From NCBI GenBank assembly GCA_038279365.1, contig JAYODI010000031.1:9017-55612 (forward strand): DNA of 46,596 bases. The letters are read 5' to 3'. The stretch is from Candidatus Latescibacterota bacterium. GTDB lineage: Bacteria; Latescibacterota; UBA2968. The notes beneath the pieces were generated by a model. That model did no database searches. It saw nothing but the letters and a program-made list of their open reading frames with translations, and was not told the origin of the DNA. This document shows positions 30,595 through 40,200 of the stretch, piece after piece. Positions within the stretch are counted from its first letter, which is position 1; the number at the start of each line of letters is the position of its first letter. A program made the translations under genes and the position numbers.

Positions 30595-31239
30595 GTGGCT
30601 GGTTTTTTTATTTCTTTTGAGGGCATTGATAAAAGCGGGAAGTCAACGCAGGCCGATATGTTGGCCAAGCACCTGCAAACCAAGGGGTATGAGGTTGTTT
30701 TTACATACGAACCCGGTGCAACAGAGCTCGGAAAAGAAATCAGACATTTGGTATTAACTTGGAAACCTCACGGGGATGTTGATCCAACGGCGGAGATGTT
30801 TTTGTTTGCAGCAGATCGCGCCCAACATGTTTCTGAAGTGATCAAACCTGCCCTGGAAAAAAATAAGATCGTCATTACAGACCGATATGTGGATTCTACC
30901 TTGGCTTATCAAGGTTATGGACGCGGTTTGGACTTAAACCAATTGGCATCAACGCAACAAGTTGCAACAGGCGGTCTGTTACCCCATATGACCATATGGG
31001 TAGATGTGGATGTAGAAACGGCTCGGGCACGTTTTGGCAAAGAAAAAGCAGATCGGTTGGAATCGGAAAATGATGGGTTGTTTGAACGGGTGAGAGCAGG
31101 GTATGAAAAACTGTATTTGGCATCACCCCAACGGTTTTTGAAAGTGGATGGTTGCCGAACGATAGAGGATATTTTTGAAGAAATTTGTAGAGGTGTTGAA
31201 AAGCGTTTAGAGGAACATACAAAGATAGAAAACGTTTAA
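30595..31239 (+). CDS. tmk: Thymidylate kinase
   Basis: FISFEGIDKSGKSTQ P-loop, EPG, LFAADRAQH, DRYVDSTLAYQG. Confidence 0.96.
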   Translation: MAGFFISFEGIDKSGKSTQADMLAKHLQTKGYEVVFTYEPGATELGKEIRHLVLTWKPHGDVDPTAEMFLFAADRAQHVSEVIKPALEKNKIVITDRYVDSTLAYQGYGRGLDLNQLASTQQVATGGLLPHMTIWVDVDVETARARFGKEKADRLESENDGLFERVRAGYEKLYLASPQRFLKVDGCRTIEDIFEEICRGVEKRLEEHTKIENV

Positions 31240-31300
31240 AACAGACAATATCGTAAGACAAATCTGTCCTACCATAATCGGTTGTTTAATTGGAGGCGTT

Positions 31301-33214
31301 ATGAGTCGTTCTGGATGGCGAAGAAAACTCACACTGTGTTGCACTTTGATGGCTATTTTGGGGATCTATTTGGCCTTAGATTCTCGTTTGGTTACGGGTG
31401 AAGATGGCTACTCAAATATAGAGAATGGTGTTGAAGATATGGTTGGGGCCTATAACCTTCTCTATAACGATTATGTAAAAGAACTTAAACCCGACGATTT
31501 GAGCAAGTCGGCCATTGAAGGCATGTTGAAGGAACTTGATCCTTACACGAGTTTCTTTGATCGCAAAGCCTTGGAACAATTGCAAATTGATACCCGGGGC
31601 AATTTTGGTGGTTTGGGCATTACCATTACCAAACGCCGTGGCGATAACAAACCTCCTGTGGTCATGAGTGTTATTGAAGGCACACCTGCCGATACATCGG
31701 GTTTGCAAGTGGGTGACCGTATTGTGATGATAGAAGGTGATTCGACCCATGCCAAAGATTTGGGCAAAGTGGTTGAAGTTTTGCGTGGACGGCCAGGGGC
31801 GGGTGTGACCATCACCATTGAACGACCTGGCAATGAAAAATGGTTTGATCAACCCATAATTCGGGCGCGCATTGATGTGCCCAGTGTGATGGTGCCAGGC
31901 GAAATTGACCCAGAAATTGGTTATGTTTCCATGTCAGAACTCAACAGCGGTCGTTTTACAGAACGTACCAGTGGTGAATTGGAAGCTGCCTTAAAAACAG
32001 AACTGGCCAAAAACCCCAAAGGGTTAATATTGGATTTACGAGGCAACCCGGGTGGGTTGTTAAGTTCGGCTGTGGATGTGGTTGATAAATTTTTGGATGC
32101 CGGGCATGTGGTTGTGACAACCAAAGGCCGTCGAGCAGAGCAAAGCCGAAGTGAAGAAACACGCAGCTCCGCTTTTGTACCCAAGAATATTCCCTTGGTG
32201 GTATTGGTCAATGGCCATAGCGCAAGTGCATCTGAAATTGTGGCTGGTGCTATTCAAGATTGGGATCGGGGCCTGATTTTGGGAACCCAAACATTTGGCA
32301 AAGGGTCTGTTCAAACGGTGCGTCAGTTGGGTGCCAACCAAGCGCTAAAGCTAACAACTGCGGCATATTATACACCCAGTGGTCGCAGTATTCACAACAC
32401 GTCTCGACGCAATTATCGAGGTGGCCCTATTGAATTGACACTGTCAGACTCGATGCGTGTTTCGGTTTATGAGTTGTTGGGTATTGTTGCTGGTACAGAG
32501 CGTCGAGAAGAAGTCATTACGGAATTGGGCGAGCGGTTTGAAATGAACCCAGCTCAAGCAGAAGAAGTTTTGGACATTCGCATGGATCGCTTGTTGGGTT
32601 TAGGGGTGCGTGAAAACAGCTCTGGCCCAGAAAACAATAATCCTGATGAAGTGTTTCATACACGTATTCAAAAACGCAAAGTCTATGGTGGGGGAGGAAT
32701 AAAACCAGATGTTGTGGTCGAAGAAGAGCGTCGCCCACGCGTTTGGGTGGAATTGTATCAAAAGGGATTGTTTTTTGACTTTGCTGTCAATTTTGCAACC
32801 CAAAACACATTTCCCAAACGCTATGAAGATTACAAATTGCCAAAAGATCTGATGGGTCAATTTTGGGCTTATGTGGCAGATTCAACAAATGCCAATGGAT
32901 TTGATTACAAAGCAGGCACAGAAATTCAGTTGAGAGAACTTAAGAAGACATTGGAAGAAAAAGATGTTTTGTCGGCAGAGGACGAAAAAGCGTTGAAGCA
33001 GTTGTCACATATTGCTGAAAAAGAGCGACAAGCCGATTACAAAAAAGCAGAACCCTTTATTCAACTCGAAATTGAGCGTATATTGGCGCGAAGGGTATGG
33101 GGAACCAAAGCAGAGATGTTGGTTTCATTAAAGGGTGACAAACAATTTCAAGAAGCCGTTAAAATATTAAAAGATCGCGCCACGTATGATAAAAAATTGG
33201 CGATGATAGAATAA
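31301..33214 (+). CDS. ctpA: S41A carboxy-terminal processing protease (CtpA/Prc) with PDZ domain
   Basis: LDPYT, FGGLGI PDZ loop, LDLRGNPGGLL, SASASEI (catalytic Ser), TFGKGSVQ (catalytic Lys), YYTPSGRSI, GGGIKPD. Confidence 0.93.
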   Translation: MSRSGWRRKLTLCCTLMAILGIYLALDSRLVTGEDGYSNIENGVEDMVGAYNLLYNDYVKELKPDDLSKSAIEGMLKELDPYTSFFDRKALEQLQIDTRGNFGGLGITITKRRGDNKPPVVMSVIEGTPADTSGLQVGDRIVMIEGDSTHAKDLGKVVEVLRGRPGAGVTITIERPGNEKWFDQPIIRARIDVPSVMVPGEIDPEIGYVSMSELNSGRFTERTSGELEAALKTELAKNPKGLILDLRGNPGGLLSSAVDVVDKFLDAGHVVVTTKGRRAEQSRSEETRSSAFVPKNIPLVVLVNGHSASASEIVAGAIQDWDRGLILGTQTFGKGSVQTVRQLGANQALKLTTAAYYTPSGRSIHNTSRRNYRGGPIELTLSDSMRVSVYELLGIVAGTERREEVITELGERFEMNPAQAEEVLDIRMDRLLGLGVRENSSGPENNNPDEVFHTRIQKRKVYGGGGIKPDVVVEEERRPRVWVELYQKGLFFDFAVNFATQNTFPKRYEDYKLPKDLMGQFWAYVADSTNANGFDYKAGTEIQLRELKKTLEEKDVLSAEDEKALKQLSHIAEKERQADYKKAEPFIQLEIERILARRVWGTKAEMLVSLKGDKQFQEAVKILKDRATYDKKLAMIE

Positions 33215-33254
33215 CAGATTATTGGTGAGGGTTCTTTAAGTTATAAAGTTGCAT

Positions 33255-33295
33255 AAAAAAAGGCGATAGATCGCAATAGATCTATCGCCTTTTTT
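33255..33295. terminator. Bidirectional terminator between the convergent ctpA and cyclase genes
   Basis: AAAAAAAGGCGATAGATC-GCAATA-GATCTATCGCCTTTTTT. Confidence 0.88.
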
Positions 33296-33310
33296 AAGTT
33301 CATGTAATTG

Positions 33311-36172
33311 TTATTTAGAATCGAGATTGTGAACCGCATCCCAATTTTCGGGTGGGGGGGTCTCAATAAATTCGTGGCATCGTTTTATGTAAACCTTAGA
33401 AGGGCCATCGCTTGGATCAAGCTCCAAAGCTTGTTGAAAAAAGCCCAATGCTTCATCCCAGTGACGTTCACGATATTTGCCTAAGCCTTCGTGAAAGAGA
33501 TCTAAAATTTGTAACTTTTGTGCGTCGACTTCTCCTTTTCGTCCAACAATTTCGTAAACCCGAACGGGTTCTTCTTTGCCGACTACGCGTATGCTGTCCA
33601 ATTCTCGAGCTTCAATAAATGCTCGGGCAATCAAATAGGTAGATTCGGATATCATTGTGGTCACTCCGTAGGCTTTGCCAGCCCCTTCCAAACGTGCCGC
33701 CAAATTTACGGCATCACCCAACATGGTGTAATCTACGCGGGTTTTGGACCCCATGTTTCCAACCACCATTTCACCCGTATTCATACCCATTCGCACACTA
33801 AAGAAAGTGCCGCGCCCTTCCGCTGCCCATTTTTCGCGCAATTCGAGCATCTTGCCTTCATCTTCCCATTTTTTACGCAATTTGATCATTTGCAGTTGCA
33901 TATCAATAGCTGCCTGCACAGCACGTTCGGCATGGTCTTCTTGAATGATTGGTGCGCCCCAAAAAGCCACGATGGCATCGCCTTCAAATTTGTCGATGGT
34001 GCCATTGTGTTGCTCAATAATTTCGCACATTTCAGTAAGGTATTCATTGATGGTTTCGACAAGCTCAACAGGTGTGAGATGCTCTGAGATGGATGAGAAG
34101 CTTGCGACATCGGAGAAAAAGGCGGTCATAATTCGCGCATCGCCGCCCAATTGGTTCAAAAGCTGAGGGTTTTCGACAATATTGGAAATAACCCGTGGAT
34201 CGAGAAAATGACCAAAGGCACCTTGAACAAATTCTTTTTCTTTTTCTTTTTGCACGTAGCTATAAAGTGTGATGCTCAAATACCCCAAAATCAGCGTGGC
34301 GATGGGGCCTAATGCGTCGATCCATATGCCTGCCTTGGCAAAAATTAAAAATGCGGCAATTAAATAAATTACAAGAAGGGTGATCATTATGGCCGCACCA
34401 GGTATGGCACTAAAGCGAGGCACAAGAAAACCAATGAGCAAACCAAACGCAACCATGATGAGCACATTTGCCCATTTGGGTAAACGCGTTAAAAAGTTTT
34501 GTGTGACAATGGTATTAAACACATTGGCATGTGCTCCCAACATGGCTTCCCGTGGACCAAAGGGTGTGGGATTCAAATCATGAGTTCCGGTGGCAGTAAG
34601 CCCATAAAAGAAAACAGTACCATCAAAGTCTTTTTCTGAAATGATACGATCAGATTCTTGATCGCCTTGTAAACCAGCGCTGGTAATAAGGTCTTCAAAA
34701 TAGAGCGGATGGTTTTCGGCTTTGATACCGCCTGAGCGCAACAAATCGCGAATAATGCCCACACCGTATTTGATGTCTTCAAGGCGTGTGATGCCCAGTT
34801 TTTCGCCAACCTGTTTGATGGGCAATTCGGGGTTTTGAGAAAGCACATCAACAATGCGCAAATTGAGGGCAATGTCGGCAAAGGGAGGTTGCCAACCTTC
34901 GGCATATGCCGATACTTCTTCATCTGGAATCCCAAGAGATTTGACAAAATCTTCCACACCTTGATTTGGATTGGCTTGGATAAACTTTTCCATTTCTTTA
35001 TAAAGGGAAATTTGAGAGGCAATATTTAACAGGTCATCGTCTGAAAACAAAGGGGCACCTTCGGCACGCATTTTTTGTAAAAACAATGCAGGGTCTTCAA
35101 GTGCTTCGGGTGAAAGAGTTGCAACACGTTTGGCAATTTTGAGTGCTTTGTTGGACGGATTAAGACTGCCAAAGTCTAAAGCAAGGTTAAAGGGCATATG
35201 CTGAAACGTGCTGTGATAAGGCCCTGCCCAGTTGACCAACATTTCACAAGCCCCAGAAATGGGAATGCGAACTGTTTGTGTAGAACCATCGGGCAATGTG
35301 GCATTGGGCAATACCACAGCTTGTCCGGGAACGAATTGAACAGAATGGAGAGGCACATTGAGATAGTCACAGGCCATAATGAGGCCTAAGGCAAAATAAA
35401 TGCGACCATTGTAAACCAAACCCAAACGATATCGGCGCACAATACCATCGTGATCGGGTTTTGGTAAGGCAAAACCCACACCTCGAGATGACTTTATAAA
35501 TTGTGGCAAGGGGACTTCCATATCGATGGCTTGATAAAGATCTTGGGAAACTTCTTGAGACGGGACGGGAATAGAGTATGGAAGCAAAAGTGCAAGGGCT
35601 TCTTGTTCTGTTTCTGAAAGATCACGAACATTGTTTTTTGCAAATTCAATGGCGTCTGGAACCGTGTCGTTCACGGTTTCAAATGTTTGAGCGTGAAAAA
35701 CGATATTGGATTTCTGTGAGGCAACAAGCAGTTCTTGATCGTAATCTTTGATGAGGCCCAATACTTCATTTTTCGTAAGGGAATCTTTTTCAAGCGATGC
35801 AATATCTTCAACGGAAAGGCGTTGGTTGCTCGGTTCATAAAAGAAAATATCGAAGCCAATCATACGCGCACCATAGCTGTGAATGGTTTCAACCAACCGA
35901 GCATGCCAATCGCGTGTGAGGGGCCATCCGTAAGTTTGGAGCGCAAGATCGTCAATATCGAGGGTTGACAGCTTGGGATTTTGATAAGGCTCGCCAAAAA
36001 GATCGTTGCGCAATCGAAAACGCCAGTCGTAAATGCTGGATTCTTGATCTTCGTAAACATTGGTAAAAGACAAGGTACTTAAGACCAAGCTGATAATAAC
36101 ACCAATAGAAAGCAAGGTCGTTGCATTTTTGGGTGTTTTGTTTTTTTTCGTTGAGTTTTGGTTCATAGACAA
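33311..36172 (-). CDS. CHASE2-domain class III adenylate cyclase with C-terminal TPR-like tail
   Basis: CHASE2 motifs (DIDD..L..YGWP..R, GARMIGFDIFF.EP, PDHDGIVRRY, TPFG...G.HA..), three TM helices, and the cyclase core FFSDVASF, DKFEGDA, GMNTG...VGNMGS, DYT.LGD.VNLAARLE. The K and T residues indicate ATP specificity. Confidence 0.93.
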   Translation of the reverse strand: MSMNQNSTKKNKTPKNATTLLSIGVIISLVLSTLSFTNVYEDQESSIYDWRFRLRNDLFGEPYQNPKLSTLDIDDLALQTYGWPLTRDWHARLVETIHSYGARMIGFDIFFYEPSNQRLSVEDIASLEKDSLTKNEVLGLIKDYDQELLVASQKSNIVFHAQTFETVNDTVPDAIEFAKNNVRDLSETEQEALALLLPYSIPVPSQEVSQDLYQAIDMEVPLPQFIKSSRGVGFALPKPDHDGIVRRYRLGLVYNGRIYFALGLIMACDYLNVPLHSVQFVPGQAVVLPNATLPDGSTQTVRIPISGACEMLVNWAGPYHSTFQHMPFNLALDFGSLNPSNKALKIAKRVATLSPEALEDPALFLQKMRAEGAPLFSDDDLLNIASQISLYKEMEKFIQANPNQGVEDFVKSLGIPDEEVSAYAEGWQPPFADIALNLRIVDVLSQNPELPIKQVGEKLGITRLEDIKYGVGIIRDLLRSGGIKAENHPLYFEDLITSAGLQGDQESDRIISEKDFDGTVFFYGLTATGTHDLNPTPFGPREAMLGAHANVFNTIVTQNFLTRLPKWANVLIMVAFGLLIGFLVPRFSAIPGAAIMITLLVIYLIAAFLIFAKAGIWIDALGPIATLILGYLSITLYSYVQKEKEKEFVQGAFGHFLDPRVISNIVENPQLLNQLGGDARIMTAFFSDVASFSSISEHLTPVELVETINEYLTEMCEIIEQHNGTIDKFEGDAIVAFWGAPIIQEDHAERAVQAAIDMQLQMIKLRKKWEDEGKMLELREKWAAEGRGTFFSVRMGMNTGEMVVGNMGSKTRVDYTMLGDAVNLAARLEGAGKAYGVTTMISESTYLIARAFIEARELDSIRVVGKEEPVRVYEIVGRKGEVDAQKLQILDLFHEGLGKYRERHWDEALGFFQQALELDPSDGPSKVYIKRCHEFIETPPPENWDAVHNLDSK

Positions 36173-36392
36173 ACCCTCACAGACTTGGGGTGGGAGAGCG
36201 AGAAATAAAAAGGAAAAGATCTGCTTATCTAAGAATGGCAGGATGCCATAAGATGCTAAAAGTAAAGGGGAAACGCAACAAGATAGACAGGGTGGGGTGA
36301 CCCATCACAGGGAAATCAAAATTGAAGATCTGATTTGAATAAAGAAAAGTCAAAGATTTAAAACTTCTTTGTGAAGGGTCTATTGGCAAAAC

Positions 36393-36436
36393 AAAAAAAG
36401 CGGTTGATGAAGAATAACCTTCATCAACCGCTTTTT
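36393..36436. terminator. Terminator downstream of the small TPR gene
   Basis: AAAAAAAGCGGTTGATGAAG-AATAAC-CTTCATCAACCGCTTTTT. Confidence 0.85.
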
Positions 36437-36454
36437 ATAAGAAATCAAAAATGC

Positions 36455-36943
36455 TTATTTCATTTTGTTGAGTTCTTCTTGTGCCAACTTGCCAAATTCG
36501 GTGCCCAAGTGATTTTTGGCCAAATCTTCATAAACACCTTTGGCCAAATCTGTTTCACCTAATTGCGCGTGGCATTGGGCAATAAAGAATTTTTGTTCGG
36601 GCACGGTTGCGGCTTTTGGATCGGCTTTAATGGCATCTTGCAACTGTGTGATGGCATTTTTAAGATCCACACGGCTGGGGTAACGCACGCCACCTTTATA
36701 GTAGAGCTGATCGAGAATGGCATCTTCTGCTTCGGCGCCGCGCACACCAGCCACAGTGCGTGTTTGTTGGGTTTCATAAGCACGTTGTTTGGTGGCCACT
36801 TGGATCTTTTTCCAACGGTTTAAGAAGGCAGGATTGGCTGTTGCTTCTTCCTTCTTGTCTTCTTTTTCTTCAGCGGCAGGTGTGTTCACGGCTGTGAAAC
36901 CGATGACTGTGGCACACAAAATGGCAAAAAAACGGAATTTCAT
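36455..36943 (-). CDS. Secreted TPR protein with TVAGVRG motif
   Basis: Signal peptide MKFRFFAILCATVIGFTAVNTPAA, central TVAGVRGA and a C-terminal YbgF-like TPR pair. ATG at 36943 with an AGGAGG SD. Confidence 0.85.
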   Translation of the reverse strand: MKFRFFAILCATVIGFTAVNTPAAEEKEDKKEEATANPAFLNRWKKIQVATKQRAYETQQTRTVAGVRGAEAEDAILDQLYYKGGVRYPSRVDLKNAITQLQDAIKADPKAATVPEQKFFIAQCHAQLGETDLAKGVYEDLAKNHLGTEFGKLAQEELNKMK

Positions 36944-37039
36944 GGTGTTCCTCCTTTTATTGGGGAGATGTCGGAAGTTCCGACCTCTTTTTTCGTTTTG
37001 ATGGTCACGGGTGAAACCCGCTTTCAACGTTCTGATTAA

Positions 37040-37085
37040 AATATACGGTTATTCAAAGTGAAATAACGTGATATGGAACACGTTT
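37040..37085 (-). promoter_or_regulatory. CRP/FNR-family binding site at about -41.5 of a predicted promoter
   Basis: TAACGTGATATGGAACACGTTT (37064-37085) matches the CRP consensus at 16/22 positions. The -10 element TATATT is at 37045-37040 on the minus strand. Confidence 0.55.
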
Positions 37086-37212
37086 TAGCCACTTTTTTTA
37101 AAAAAATGAGAAAAACCACATATTTTTTCCAAATGCTTCAAAAGACACCCTAAAAGTGTACGTCATTTCAACTATAGGATCAAGGTGCAATCATAAAAAT
37201 ATAGATGAGTCT

Positions 37213-40200
37213 TTATTTTTCAAGCACTTCGAGATAACCTTTGTAGTCAGCATCGAGTTCAATGGCTTTTTGATAGGCTTGTTGGGCATCGGCTTTTCTG
37301 CCTAACAGATGGTAAGCAATGGCTTTATTGGCATAAAAACCGGCATTTTCGGGATCATATTTAAGTGCTTGATCAAAGAGATCCAACGCTGCTTGATAAT
37401 TTCTCTGCTTGGTTTCAACAACGCCTTTGCCATTGAGTGCATCGGCACTTTTGGGGTTCATTGACAAGGCCCGATCAAAGGCATCTGTGGCCCGATCCAA
37501 TCGATTGAGGCGCAAATGAGCAGCCCCTTCGGTATAAATACGTTCGGCGGCCATTTGTTGCAACGGACTTACGGTAAGGGGGCCACCATCTGTGGGCATT
37601 GCAGGTTTGCTGCTGCTGTTGCTTGAACCTGTTAAATAATCGTCTAATAAACCTGTTACGCTGTTGTCCAGTGAGATGGCTTTTTGATAGGCTGTTTGTG
37701 CTTCGTCTTTGCGCCCCAAGAGATGATAGGCGATGGCTTTATTGATATAAAAGCCAGCATTGTTGGGGGCGGCAGAAATGGCTTTGTCTATCAGATTGAG
37801 CGCATCTTGATAGTTGCGTTGTTTAATGGCAATAACCGCTTTGCCATTGAGTGCATCGGCATTTTGAGCGTTAAAGGACAATGCCCGATCAAAAGCATCC
37901 GTGGCTTTGTCTAAAGCATCGAGGCGCAAAAATGCGGCACCATCGTCATAGGCTTTGTTGGAGGTTAACATCTGAATAGAATTGACAGAAGATGCGGCCA
38001 CTGGGGCTGTGTCGATATCGGGAAGCGAACCAATAACATCAAGTTGGCCCCGGTAATCGGCATCCAAGCGAACGGCTTGGGCATATTCGCGTAAAGCATC
38101 ATCTTTGCGCCCCATGAGATGATAAACGATGGCGCGATTGGCATAAAAGCCTGCATTGTTGCCGTCTGCCTGAATGGCTTGGTTGAACAGATTGAGGGCA
38201 TCTTGATAATTTCTTTGTTTGGTTTCAAGCACGCCTTTGGCGTTGAGTGCATCGGCATTTTGTGGGTTGAGAGACAGTGTGCGATCAAAGGCATCTTTGG
38301 CGCGTTCAAATCGCCCTAAGCGCAAAAAAGCTGCACCGTCGTCATAGGCTTTTTGTGCCGCGGCCATTTGGATGGGATCAATGGCAGGTGCGGCAGCACG
38401 AACGGCATCGGAGGCACGCCCCAAAAAGTCGAGCACACCAGCAAAGTCGCGGTTGGCAGAGACAGCTTCTTGATAGGCTTTGGTTGCACCTTCTTTATTG
38501 CCTTGCAAATGATAAGCAATGGCCACATTGATGCGATAACCGGCATCGTTGGGGTTCAGTGAAAGGGCGGTATTAAAGTGTTGTAGGGCTTGGGCATATT
38601 CGCGTTGTTTAACAAGCACCACACCCTTGGCATTGTGGGCATCGGCCATAGAAGCATCGGAGGCAATGGCTTGGTTGAACATCTCTAAAGCGCGATCGAG
38701 TTGATTTAAACGCAAATAAGTTGCACCAGCGTCATACAAACCTTCGGCAGAGTCGAGCGAAACACCCGAAGCCATGGCAATTTGATCGAGTCGGTTGTCA
38801 AAAAATGCCAAGTCGCGTTGGAAGAGTTCATCTATTTGTGCCTGTGAAGGCAGGGCAATATCTGCATCGGGAATCACACCAGGCTGAAATGTTTGTTGGG
38901 CATCGGCAATGCGAATTTCGTTGATAAAACCACGTTCTTTGCGAATGTGGTATTCTTTTGCACCATTTCGCCAGGCATCGGAAAAAGATTGGCCGAAGAG
39001 GGTGGTTTCAACCGGAATCCAAATGCCACCTTCCCAAATGACATATTCTTTTTCATTGGTAAAAAAATCACCCGCATCTTCAATAGCAATGCCACTGTCG
39101 AACATCATGTAAATATGACCGTATTCAGGATCGTTCACATCGAGTGCGGCTGTGGGAATGTTTAAGTTTTCCAACATAGAACAAAAAATGGCTGTACAAT
39201 CGTCACAGTCGCCAATTTTGGACTGTAAAAATTCGTAGGGATATTGTACGGTATCAAAAACAGAGTCGTCTTCAAAGATCTGCAAAAAAGGCGTGGTCTG
39301 GTCTTGTTGATATCGCAAACCATAAACACTTAAAGCATCGAAGATGAGCGCAGCTTTGCCAATATTGTTTTTGGGAAATTTGCGATGGAGCAAATCGGAG
39401 TATTGTGATAAGGTGGTGCGTGCAAAGTTATCAACTGTTTTGCTTTGCGGTGTTACAAAAGCGGCAATGCGCCGTGAGTTGGACCAACTGAGCTTGCCTT
39501 TGCCCAACACATAAACACTGTTGATGCGCTTGGTGGTGGTTTTGTTGCTGCGTCCTTGGGCATATGTCACTTGAATGGTGGGTTGCACCAAGTTGTCGTA
39601 GTAGGCTGATTGGGTCGATAAAATATCTTGTGGAAATGTGAGTTTAAACCCATACCGATCTGTGCTGTTGGGGGGCAAGGTGATCGATTGTTCGTGAGGT
39701 GTTTTGGTAAGTGTGGGAATGTCGATGCTTACGGTAACAGGCAGTGGGTCTGGCGAACTGTTTTTGATGACCACATCCACAAAGTCTGTGGCTTCATAGG
39801 TTTTATAGAGCGATTTGAAAACAGGAGATTGTCGCACCAGCGCATCTTTGATGGTTACCAGTGATGGATTATAAGACAAAGCCATCGACAGATGGTGTGT
39901 GGCGGGCAATGCGGGATGGTTTTCAAAAGCGTAATCCAGCTTGATGTTTTTCCACTTAAGACCCAAACCCAATGCAAAGGCCATGGTGTTGTCGGCTCCT
40001 GCGGGGGCAGACAAATCGTAGTTAAGCCCACCTCTTAAAGCGACTATGGATGTGGGTTGGTACTCAACGCCGGTATAAAAACGATCGTCCACATCGAGCG
40101 TGAGCAATACATCTTGGTGGGCCTGATAAGCGGCACCAAACCTGAGACGTTGTTCAAATATTTTTTCTTCGCGTTGCGAATTGTCGTCTCTGACATTGGT

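Noticed and set aside
33518..34087. 189-aa plus-strand ORF and other antisense ORFs over conserved genes
   Set aside because: Shadow frames of strongly supported opposite-strand CDSs, with no recognisable motifs.
37216..38760. DNA-level direct repeats as a mobile or DGR-like element
   Set aside because: They are explained by in-frame duplication of TPR modules; there is no reverse transcriptase, and I noticed no adenine-specific variation.
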